Assembly (NCBI GenBank): GCA_963716255.1
Contig: OY970303.1
Coordinates: 7,296,001-7,360,000, forward strand
Source of the DNA: an uncultured Gemmatimonadales bacterium
GTDB taxonomy: Bacteria; Gemmatimonadota; Gemmatimonadetes; Longimicrobiales; Longimicrobiaceae
Direction: 5' to 3'
Length of the DNA stretch: 64,000 nt
Below are positions 1 to 12,000 of this stretch, one piece after another. A program made the translations under genes and the position numbers. The notes beneath the pieces are model-generated. The model did not search any database, was not told the DNA's origin, and saw only the letters and a program-made list of their open reading frames with translations. Each line of letters opens with the position of its first letter. Position 1 is the stretch's first letter.

Positions 1-3000
1 ATCGCCAGGTTCGACCTGACGCTCGCGCTCGCCGAGCACGAGCGGGGCATCGGCGGCTCGCTGGCCTTCCGCGCGGAGTTGTGGGACCGGGCGACGATGG
101 AGCGTTTGGCGGTGCACTTCGCCCGCCTGCTGGAGGCGCTGGTCGCCGACCCGGCCCGGCCGCTCACCCATCTGGAGCTGCTGGACGCCGCCGAGCGCGA
201 GCAGCTCGTGGGCGAGTGGAGCGGTTCGCAGCGTGAGACCGAGCGGCCGGCGTGCGTGCATGAGGCCTTCGTGGAGCAGGCCGCGCGCACGCCCGACACC
301 ATCGCGCTGGTCCACCAGGACCGGGCGCTGAGCTACGCCGAGCTGGACCGCGCCGCCAACCAGCTGGCGCATCGGCTCACCCGCCTGGGCGTGGGGCCGG
401 ACGTGCGGGTGGGCGTCTGCCTGGAGCGCTCGCCGGAGCTGGTGGTGGGGCTGCTGGGCATCCTCAAGGCCGGCGGCGCCTACGTCCCGCTCGACCCACA
501 GAACCCGGCCGAGCGCCTGGCCTTCATGCTGGCCGACGCGGGTGCGCCGGTGCTGCTGACACAGGAGCGGCTCGGCGATCGGTTCCCGGAGTTCGCGGGG
601 TCCGTGGTGCTGATGGACCGTGAGGTCGCGCAGGTCGCGGGGGAGAGCGAGGCGGGGCCGCAGGTCCGCCTCACGCCGGAGCACCTGGTCTACGTCATCT
701 ACACCTCGGGCTCCACGGGCCGGCCAAAGGGAACCGAGGTGCCGCACCGCGCCATCGCGGGCTTCTTCCGGGGTGTGGAGTACGCGCGCTTCGACGAGGG
801 TACCGTCCTCCTCCAGCACTCCTCCGTCTCGTGGGACGCGCTGACGCTGGAGCTGTGGCCGGCCCTGCTCTGCGGCGGCACCTGCGTCCTCTACCCGGGC
901 GCGGCGTCGGAGCCGGGGCTGCTGGGTGAGCAGGTACGCGAGCACGGGGTGAACACGCTGTGGCTGACGGCGGCGTACTTCAACCTGATCGTCGACACCA
1001 CGCCCGAGGTCCTGGCCGGTGTGTCGCAGGTGCTGACCGGGGGCGAAGCGGTCTCCGCCGCGCACGTGCGGCGGGCGCTGGAGCTGTACCCGGCGCTGCG
1101 GGTGGTCAACGGCTATGGACCCAGCGAGTGCACGGTGTTCGCCGCCTGCTACGTGGTGCCGGCGGACTTCGCCGCGTCGAGCGTGCCGGTGGGGCGGCCC
1201 ATCGGCGACCGGCGGGTCTACCTGCTGGACGCGAGCCTGTCTCCGGTGCCGCGGGGAGTGCCGGGGGAGGTGTGCATCGGGGGCCCGTCGGTGGGGCGCG
1301 GCTACCTGAGGCGCGCGGAGCTGACGGCGACCCAGTTCGTCCCGGATCCGTTCGGGGAGGCGGGAGGGCGCCTGTACCGGGCGGGAGACCGCGCGCGCTG
1401 GCGGGCGGACGGGGAGCTGGAGTTCGTGGGGCGAATGGACTTCCAGGTGAAGATCCGCGGGTTCCGCGTGGAACCGGGGGAGGTGGAGAGCTTGCTGGGC
1501 GGGCACCCGCAGGTGCGTCAGGCCGCGGTAGTGGTGCGGGAGGCCGGGGGCGAGCGGCGCCTGGTGGCCTACGTCACAGGGGAGCCGGGGCAGACGGTCG
1601 CCGGGCCCGAGGTGAGGGCGTGGCTGAAGGAGCGGCTCCCGGAGCACCAGGTGCCCTCGGCGGTGAAGGTGCTGGAGGCGCTGCCGCTGACGGCCCACGG
1701 AAAGCTGGACCGGCGGGCGCTTCCGGCGCCGGAGCCATGGGACGGAGCGGTGGCGTACGTGGCGCCGCGCACGCCCGTGGAGGAGGTGCTGGCGGGGATC
1801 TGGGGCGAGGTGCTGTACGCGGAGCGGGTGGGGATGGAGGACGACTTCTTCGAGCTGGGCGGGCACTCGCTGCTGGCGACGCGCGTGGTCTCGCGGGTGC
1901 GGCAGGCCTTCGGGGTGGAGCTGCCGCTGCGCGCGCTCTTCGAGGCCCCCACGGTGGGCGCCCTCGCCGCGCGGATCGACGCGCTGCGGGCCGAGGACGG
2001 CCCGCAGGCCCCGCCGCTCGTGCGTGTGCCGCGCGACGACACGCCGCTGCCGCTGTCGTTCGCGCAGCAGCGGCTGTGGTTCATCGACCAGCTGGAGCCC
2101 GGGAGCGCCGCGTACAACATGCCCTTCGCGCTGCGTCTGTGGGGCCCCTTCGACCCGGCCGTGCTGGAGCGCAGCCTGGCGGAGATCGTCCGCCGCCACG
2201 AGGCGCTGCGCACCGTCTTCGCGGCCGTGGACGGCGAGCCCGTTCAGGTGATCTGCGACGCGGCGGCGGTCGCCGTACCGGTCACGGACCTGCGGCGTCT
2301 CCCCGAGCCGCGGCGCGAGGCCGAGGTGCTGCGCCTGGTCTCGGCGGAAGCGACGCGGCCCTTCGACCTCGCGGTGGGCCCGCTGCTGCGGGTTTCGGCG
2401 GTGCGGCTGGGCGACGCAGAGTGGGGCATGCTCTTCACGCTGCACCACATCGTCTCGGACGGCTGGTCCATGGGCGTGGTGGTCCGCGAGGTGTCGGCGC
2501 TGTACGACGCGCTGGCGGAGGGGTGCCCGGCGGAGCTTCCCCCGCTGCCGGTGCAGTACGCCGACTACGCGGCGTGGCAGCGCGCCTGGCTCGCGGGCGA
2601 GGCGCTGGAGGCCAGGCTCGGCTACTGGCGCGACGAGCTGGCCGACGCACCGCCGCTGCTGGAGCTGCCCACCGACCACCCGCGCCCGCAGGCGCAGGAC
2701 CCGCGCGGCGGCAGCGTCGGCGTGCACCTGTCCGCGGAGCTTTCGCGCGAGCTGCGGGCGCTGTCGCGGCGGGAAGGCGCGACGACGTTCATGACGCTGC
2801 TGGCGGCGTGGCAGCTACTGCTGGCGCGCTACGCGGGGGTGGAGGACGTCAGCGTGGGCACGCCCATCGCCGGGCGCACGCGCCTGGAGACGGAGCCGCT
2901 GATCGGCTTCTTCGTCAACACGCTGGTGCTGCGGACCGACCTGTCGGGGGAGCCGACGTTCGCCGAGCTGCTTGGGCGGGTGCGGGAAACGACGCTGGGC

Positions 3001-6000
3001 GCGTACCAGCACCAGGACGTCCCCTTCGAGCGCCTGGTGGAGGAGCTGGCGCCGGTGCGCAGCCTGGCGCACACGCCGCTCTTCCAGGCGATGTTCGCCC
3101 TGCAGAACAACGAGCGGAGCGGGCTGCGCATGGGTGCTCTGGAGATGGAGCCCCTGGCGAGCGGCGGCGAGGAGATCGCCAAGTTCGACCTGGCGCTCGG
3201 CCTGACCGAGCACGAACAGGGCTTCGCAGGCGCGCTCTCCTATCGCGCGGAGCTGTGGGACAGAGCCACCATGGAGCGGATGGCCGGGCACTTCGCCCGC
3301 CTGGTGGAGGCGCTCGTCCGGAGCGCCTCCACCGTCGCGGACGTCGCGTTCTTGGGCGAGGAGGAGCGCGAGCAGCTCCTGGTAGGGTGGAACGACGCCG
3401 GGGCCGGCTACCCCGCCGGGGACCTGGTGCACGGCCTCTTCGCCGAACAGGCGGCGCGGACTCCCGACGCGGTGGCGCTGGTGCACGGCGCCGGGCAACT
3501 GACCTACGCCGATCTCGCCGCGCGCGTGGACCGGCTCGCCCGGCGCCTGGGCGGTCTCGGGGTCGGCCCCGAGGTGCGCGTGGGCATCTGCCTGGAGCGC
3601 AGCCCGGAGATGATCGCCAGCGCGCTGGCGACACTCGCCGCGGGCGGCGCCTACGTGCCCATCGACCCCGTCTACCCCGCGGAGCGCGTCGCCTACCTGC
3701 TGGAGGACTCCGGGGTGCCGGTGGTGCTGACGCAGGCTGCGCTGGCCGGGCGCTTCGCGGGCTTCGGCGGCAGGGTGGCCCTGATCGACGAGGTCGACGA
3801 GGACCACGGGCCCCCTGCCCGTGCGCAGGCCGTGTCGGCGCGCAGCCTGGCCTACGTGATCTACACCTCCGGGTCCACCGGAAAGCCCAAGGGCGTGGGG
3901 GTGGAGCACGGCTCGCTGGCCAACTACGCGCGGGTCGCGCGCGAGTACTTCGGGATCACGCCCGCGGACCGGGTGCTCCAGTTCGCCTCGCTCAGCTTCG
4001 ACACGAGCGCGGAGGAGATCTATCCCGCGCTGCTGGGCGGAGCTTCGCTGGTGCTGCGCACGGAGGAGATGCTGGGGAGCGCGGCGAGGTTCTTCGAGCG
4101 GTGCGCGGAGTGGGGTGTCACCGTGCTGGACCTGCCGACGGCGTACTGGCACGAGCTGGTTGCGGCGCTGGACCGGGGGGAGGCGAGCCTGCCCCCGTGC
4201 GTGCGGCTGGTGGTGGTCGGGGGCGAACGGATGCTTCCGGAGCGGGTGTCGCAGTGGCGCCGCAGCGTGGGGGATGCGGCGGCCCTGGTCAACGGCTACG
4301 GGCCCACGGAGGCCACGATCGTGGCGACGCTGGGCCACGTGGGCGAAGGGAAGCTCACCATCGGGGCTCCGGTGGGGAACGTGCGGGTGTACGTGCTGGA
4401 GCCCTCGGGTTTGCCGGCGCCGGTGGGTGTGCCCGGGGAGCTGTGGATCGGGGGGGCGCAAGTGGCGCGCGGCTACCTGGGGCGGCCGGTTGCGACGGCG
4501 GAGCGCTTCGGTCCGGACCCGTTCTCGGGGGAGGCGGGGGGACGGATGTACCGGAGCGGGGACCGGGCGAGGTGGCTCGCGACGGGGGAGCTGGAGTACC
4601 TGGGACGCATGGACTCGCAGGTGAAGGTGCGGGGCTTCCGGATCGAGCCGGGGGAGATAGAGACGGTGCTGTCGGGCCTGCCGCAGATGCGGGAGGCGGT
4701 CGCCGTGGTGCGGGAGGACGGGGGCGAGCGGCGCCTGGTCGCGTACGTGGTGGCGGAGCCGGGGCAGACGGTCTCGGCGTCCGAGGCGCGGCGGTGGCTG
4801 AAGGAGCGGCTGCCGGGGTACATGGTGCCGTCCGCCGTAGTGGTGCTGGAGTCGATTCCGCTGACGGCCAACCTCAAGGTGGACCACAGGGCCCTTCCGG
4901 CACCCGAGTGGAGCGGGGGGGACGAGAAGGCGTATGTGGCGCCGCGCACGCAGACGGAGGAGATCCTGGCGGGGATCTGGGGCGAGGTGCTGCGGGTGGA
5001 ACGTGTGGGAATGGAGGACAACTTCTTCGACGTGGGCGGGCACTCGCTGCTGGCGACGCGGGTGGTCTCGCGGGTGCGGCAGGCCTTCGGGGTGGAGCTG
5101 CCGCTGCGCGCGCTCTTCGAGGCGCCCACGGTGGGCGCCCTTGCCGCGCGGATCGACGCGCTGCGGGCCGAGGACGGCCCGCAGGCGCCGCCGCTCGTGC
5201 GTGTGCCGCGCGGCGACACGCCGCTGCCGCTGTCGTTCGCGCAGCAGCGGCTGTGGTTCATCGACCAGCTGGAGCCCGGGAGCGCCGCGTACAACATGCC
5301 CTTCGCGCTGCGCCTGCGGGGCCCTTTCGACCCGGCCGTGCTGGAGCGCAGCCTGGCGGAGATCGTCCGCCGCCACGAGGCGCTGCGCACCGTCTTCGCG
5401 GCCGTGGACGGCGAGCCCGTGCAGGTGGTCCGCGACGCGGCGGCGGTCGCCGTACCGGTCACGGACCTGCGGCGTCTCCCCGAGCCGCGGCGCGAGGCCG
5501 AGGTGCTTCGCCTGGTCTCGGCGGAGGCGACGCGGCCCTTCGACCTCGCGGTGGGCCCGCTGCTGCGGGTTTCGGCGGTGCGGCTGGGCGATTCGGAGTG
5601 GGGCATGCTCTTCACGCTGCACCACATCGTCTCGGACGGCTGGTCCATGGGAGTGCTGGTCCGCGAGGTGTCGGCGCTGTACGACGCGCTGGCGGAGGGG
5701 CGCCCGGCGGAGCTTCCCCCGCTGCCGGTGCAGTACGCCGACTACGCGGCGTGGCAGCGCGCCTGGCTCGCGGGCGAGGCGCTGGAGGCCAGGCTCGGCT
5801 ACTGGCGCGACGAGCTGGCCGACGCACCGCCGCTGCTGGAGCTGCCGACCGACCACCCCCGGCCACAGACGCAGGACCCGCGCGGCGGCAGCGTCGGCGT
5901 GCACCTGTCCGCGGAGCTTTCGCGCGAGCTGCGGGCGCTGTCGCGGCGGGAGGGCGCGACGACCTTCATGACGCTTCTGGCGGCGTGGCAGCTGCTGCTG

Positions 6001-9000
6001 GCGCGCTACGCGGGGGTGGAGGACGTCAGCGTGGGCACGCCCATCGCCGGGCGCACGCGCCTGGAGACGGAGCCGCTGATCGGCTTCTTCGTCAACACGC
6101 TGGTGCTGCGCACCGACCTGTCGGGGGAGCCGACGTTCACCGAGCTGCTGGGGCGGGTGCGCGAAACGACGCTGGGCGCGTACCAGCACCAGGACGTCCC
6201 CTTCGAGCGCCTGGTGGAGGAGCTGGCGCCGGAGCGCACCCTGGCGCACACGCCGCTCTTCCAGGCCATGCTCGTTCACCAGAACAACGAGGGCGGCGAG
6301 CTGCGCATGGGCGGCCTGGACGTCGAGCCGCTGGGGGCCGGCGCGGAGGGGATCGCCAAGTTCGACCTGACACTCGGGCTGGCCGCGGACGAACAGGGCA
6401 TCGGCGGCTCGCTGACCTATCGGGCGGAGCTGTGGGAGCGCGCGACCATGGAGCGCATGGCGGGGCACTTCGTCCGCCTGCTGGAGGCGCTGGTCGCCGA
6501 CCCGGCCCTCGTCGCCGCGGACGCCGCGCTCCTGGATGACGGGGAGCGCGAGCAGCTGCTGGCGGAGTGGAACGACACGCGGGCCGGCTATCCAGCGGGG
6601 GCGCTGGTGCACGACCTCGTCGCCGCGCAGGCGCGCCGCACGCCGGACGCCGTCGCGCTGGTCTCCGGCGCCGAGCCGACGACATACGCGGAGCTGGACG
6701 CCGCGGCCAACCGGCTCGCCCACCTGCTGCGCCGCCGCGGCGTCGGCCCGGAGAGCCGGGTCGGTGTCGCCCTGGACCGGCGGCCGGAGCTGCTGGTGGC
6801 GCTCCTGGGCGTGCTCAGGGCGGGCGGCGCGTACGTGCCGCTGGACCCGGCGTACCCGCGCGGGCGGCTGGGCTGGATGATCGAGGACGCCGCCGTGGAG
6901 CTGGTGGTGACCCGCGGGTCGCTGGCGGACCGCGTCCCGGGCGCGCCGACGCTGGCGCTGGACGAGGCGGCCGCGGAGCTGGCCGCCGAGCCCGCCGGCG
7001 CGCCGGAAAGCGGCGTGGGGCCGGAGAACCTGTCGCATGTCATCTTCACCTCCGGCTCCACCGGCCGGCCCAAGGGGGTGATGATCCGGCACGCCTCCAC
7101 GGCCGTGCTGGTGCACTGGATGCGCGACCACGTTTCGGACCGGGAGCGCTCCGGCGTGCTCTGGTCCACCTCGGTCAGCTTCGACGTGTCGGTGGCCGAG
7201 GTCTTCGGCACGCTGTGCTGGGGCGGGCGGCTGGTGCTGGTGGAGAACGCGCTGGCGCTGCCCGAGGTGGCGGGGCAGGGGATCGTCTACGCGAGCATGG
7301 TCCCCACCGCCGCGGCCGAGCTGCTGCGGGCGGGCGGGATCCCGGCGAGCGTGCGGACGCTGAACCTGGGCGGCGAGCCGCTGCCGAACGAGCTGGCGCA
7401 GGCGCTCCACGCGCTGGGCACCGTGCAGACTGTGGGCAACCTGTACGGCCCCACCGAGGACACCACCTACTCCACCTACGCGCGGGTGGAGCCCGGTGCC
7501 GAGCGCGTGCGGGTGGGCAGGCCGGTGGCCGACACCCGGGCGTACGTGCTGGACGGGCGGCTGCACCCGGTTCCCGCGGGCGTGGTGGGCGAGCTGTACC
7601 TGGCCGGCGGCGGGACGGCGCGCGGCTACGCCGGGCGCCCGGAGCTGACGGCCGAGCGCTTCCTGCCGGACCCGTTCGGGGAGCCGGGGAGCCGCATGTA
7701 CCGGGTGATGGACCGGGTGCGCTGGACGAGCGGCGGCGAGCTGGAGTACTTCGGACGCACCGACTTCCAGGTCAAGGTGCGCGGCTTCCGCATCGAGCCG
7801 GGCGAGGTGGAGGTCGTGCTGCAGCGCCACGCGGGCGTGGCGGCGGCGGTGGTCGTCGCACGCGGGGACGCGTCCGGCGGCACGCGGCTGGTGGCCTACG
7901 TCGTCCCGGCCGGCGGCGAGGTCGCCGCCGCCGAGCTGCGGGCCCACCTCCGCGCGCACCTGCCGGAGTACATGGTCCCCTCGGCGCTCGTCACCCTGGC
8001 CGCGCTGCCGCTCACCGCCAGCGGCAAGGTCGACCGGCGGGCGCTCCCCGACCCGGGAGCGGGCGCCGCCGCGGTCGAGTACCTGGCGCCGCGCACCCCG
8101 GACGAGGAGATCCTCGCCGGGATCTACGAGGACGTGCTGCGGGTGGAGCGCGTGGGCGTGGAGGACGGTTTCTTCGAGCTGGGCGGGCACTCGCTGCTGG
8201 CCACGCGCGTGGTCTCGCGGGTGCGGCAGGCCTTCGGGGTGGAGCTGCCGCTGCGCGCGCTCTTCGAGGCGCCCACGGTGGGCGCCCTTGCCGCGCGGAT
8301 CGACGCGCTGCGGGCCGAGGACGGCCCGCAGGCGCCGCCGCTGGTGCGTGTGCCGCGCGGCGATGATGCGCCGCTGCCGCTGTCGTTCGCGCAGCAGCGG
8401 CTGTGGTTCATCGACCAGCTGGAGCCCGGGAGCGCCGCGTACAACATGCCCTTCGCGCTGCGCCTGCGGGGCCCCTTCGACCCGGCGGTGCTGGAGCGCA
8501 GCCTGGCGGAGATCGTCCGCCGGCACGAGACGCTGCGCACCGTCTTCTCCACCGTGGACGGCGAGCCCGTTCAGGTGGTCCGCGACGCGGCGGCGGTCGC
8601 CGTGCCGGTCACGGACCTGCGGGCGCTCCCGGACGTGCGGCGCGAGGCGGAGGTGCTTCGCCTGGCCTCCGCCGAGGCGGCGCGGCCCTTCGACCTGGCC
8701 GCGGGCCCGCTGCTGCGCGCGTCCGCCGTGCGCCTGGCGGATGCGGAGTGGGCGGTGCTCGTCACCCTCCACCACATCGTGAGCGACGGCTGGTCCATGG
8801 GCGTCCTGGTCCGCGAGATCTCGGCGCTCTACGGCGCCGTCGCGGAGGGGCGCGACGCGGAGCTGCCCGCGCTGCCGGTGCAGTACGCCGACCACGCGGC
8901 GTGGCAGCGCGCCTGGCTCACGGGCGATGCGCTGGAGGCCAGGCTCGCCTTCTGGCGCGAGCAGCTGGCGGACGCACCGCCGCTGCTGGAGCTGCCCACC

Positions 9001-12000
9001 GACCACCCGCGCCCGCAGGCGCAGGACCCGCGCGGCGGCAGCGTCGGCGTGCACCTGTCCGCGGAGCTTTCGCGCGAGCTGCGGGCGCTGTCGCGGCGGG
9101 AGGGCGCGACGACCTTCATGACGCTGCTGGCGGCGTGGCAGCTGCTGCTGGCGCGCTACGCGGGGGTGGAGGACGTCAGCGTGGGCACGCCCATCGCCGG
9201 GCGCACGCGCCTGGAGACGGAGCCGCTGATCGGCTTCTTCGTCAACACGCTGGTGCTGCGCACCGACCTGTCGGGGGAGCCGACGTTCGCCGAGCTGCTG
9301 GGGCGGGTGCGGGAAACGACGCTGGGGGCCTATCAGCACCAGGACGTCCCCTTCGAGCGCCTGGTGGAGGAGCTGGCGCCGGAGCGCACCCTGGCGCACA
9401 CGCCGCTCTTCCAGGCCATGCTCGTCCTCCAGAACGACGACTGGGGCGAGCTGCGCGTGGGCGGCCTGGACGTCCAGCCCCTGGGGGCCGGCGCGGAGGG
9501 GATCGCCAAGTTCGACCTGTCGCTGGGGCTCGCAGCGGACGAGCAGGGCATCGGCGGCTCGCTGACCTACCGGGCGGAGCTGTGGGAGCGCGCGACCATG
9601 GAGCGCATGGCGGGGCACTTCGCCCGCCTGCTGGGGGCGCTGGTCGCCGACCCGGCCCTCGTCGCCGCGGACGTAGTCTTCCTGGATGACGGGGAGCGCG
9701 AGCAGCTGCTGGCGGAGTGGAACGACACGCGGGCCGGCTATCCAGCGGGGGCGCTGGTGCACGACCTCGTCGCCGCGCAGGCGCGCCGCACGCCGCACGC
9801 CGTCGCGCTGGTCCACGGCGCGGAGGAAACGACGTACGCCGAGCTGGACGCCGCGGCCAGCCGGCTCGCCGGTCTGCTTCGCCGCCGCGGCGTGGGGCCG
9901 GAAAGCCGGGTGGGCATCTTCCTGGAGCGCCGGCCGGAGCTGGCGGCCGCGCTGCTGGGGGTGCTCCGTGCCGGCGGCGCCTACGTGCCGCTGGACCCGG
10001 CGTACCCGCGCGAGCGGCTGGGCTGGATGATCGAGGACGCCGCCGTGGAGCTGGTGCTCACCACCACCTGGCTGGCCGACCGGGTCCCGGGCGCGCCGGT
10101 GCTGGCGCTGGACGAGGCGGCCGCGGAGCTGGCCGCCGAGCCCGCCGTCGCGCCGGAAAGCGGCGTGGGGCCGGAGAACCTGTCGCACGTCATCTTCACC
10201 TCCGGCTCCACCGGCCGGCCCAAGGGGGTGATGATCCGGCACGCCTCCACGGCCGTGCTGGTGCACTGGATGCGCGACCACGTCTCGGACCGGGAGCGCT
10301 CCGGCGTGCTCTGGTCCACCTCGGTCAGCTTCGACGTGTCCGTGGCCGAGGTCTTCGGCACGCTGTGCTGGGGCGGGCGGCTGGTGCTGGTGGAGAACGC
10401 GCTGGCGCTGCCCGAGGTGGCGGGGCAGGGGATCGTCTACGCGAGCATGGTCCCCACCGCCGCGGCCGAGCTGCTGCGGGCGGGCGGGATCCCGGCGAGC
10501 GTGCGGACGCTGAACCTGGGCGGCGAGCCGCTGCCGTCCGGCCTGGCGCAGGCGCTCCACGCGCTGGGCACGGTGGAAACGGTGGGCAACCTGTACGGCC
10601 CCACCGAGGACACCACCTACTCCACCTACGCGCGGGTGGAGCCCGGCGCCGAGCGCGTGCGGGTGGGCAGGCCGGTGGCCGACACCCGTGCGTACGTGCT
10701 GGACGGGCGGCTGCACCCGGTTCCCGCGGGCGTGGCGGGCGAGCTGTACCTGGCCGGCGGTGGGACGGCGCGCGGCTACGCCGGGCGTCCGGAGCTGACG
10801 GCCGAGCGCTTCCTGCCGGACCCGTTCGGGGAGCCGGGGAGCCGCATGTACCGGGTGATGGACCGGGTGCGCTGGACGAGCGGCGGCGAGCTGGAGTACT
10901 TCGGACGCACCGACTTCCAGGTCAAGGTGCGCGGCTTCCGCATCGAGCTGGGGGAGATCGAGACGGCCCTGGAGCTGCACGAGGGGGTGCACCGGGCCGT
11001 GGCCGTGGTGCGCGAGGATCCCGCCTCCGGCGGGGCGGGCGACCGGCGGATCGTCGCCTACGTGGTGGGCTCCGCGGCGGAGGCCGGCGCGGCCGGGCTG
11101 CGCGCGCACCTGCGCGAGCGGCTCCCCGAGTACATGATCCCCGCCGCGTTCGTCGCGCTGGCGGAGCTCCCCCTCACCGCCAGCGGCAAGGTGGACCGCC
11201 GGGCGCTCCCCGCGCCCGACGCGGGCGAGGGCGCGCGGGAGGAGGAGTACGCCGCACCGCGCGACATCCTGGAAACGACGATCGGCGGGATCTTCGAGGA
11301 GGTGCTGGGCGTGGCCCGCGTGGGGCTGCGGGACGGCTTCTTCGAGCTGGGCGGGCACTCGCTGCTCGCGGTGCAGGTCATGTCCCGGGTCGAAAAGGCC
11401 ACGGGCGTGCGGCTCCCGGTGGCGGTGCTCTTCACCGCGCCCACGGTGGAGCAGCTGGCGGACGAAGTGCGCAGGGGCGGCGGCGGCCCCAGGCCGCTGC
11501 TGGCGCCCATCCGCCCGGGGGGGAGCCGGGCTCCGCTCTTCCTGGTGCACCCCGTGGGCGGCGACGTCATGGCCTACGCGGCGCTCGCGGCGAGCCTGGA
11601 CCCCGAGCAGCCGCTGTACGGCCTCCGCGCCCGCGGCGTGGAGCCGGGCGAGAACCCCAACTGGACGGTGGAGGAGATGGTCCGCGACTACCTCGCCGAG
11701 CTCCGCAGGGAGCGGCCGGCGGGGCCGTACCGCCTGGGCGGGTGGTCCATGGGCGGCGTGGTCGCGTTCGAGATGGCGCGCCGGCTGGAGGCCGAGGGAG
11801 AGCGCGTGGACAGGCTGGTGCTCATCGACTCGCAGGTGCCCTGGCTGCGCGACCCCGACCGCGAGATGCCGCGCAACGTCCTCGAGCTGGTGCAGCTGTT
11901 CGTCCGGGACCTCGGGCACGAAGAGGACCCGCTGCCGCCCGCGCCCGGCGCCGGCGAGAGCGAGTACCTGCACCAGCTGCTGGAAAGCGCCCGCCTCGCG

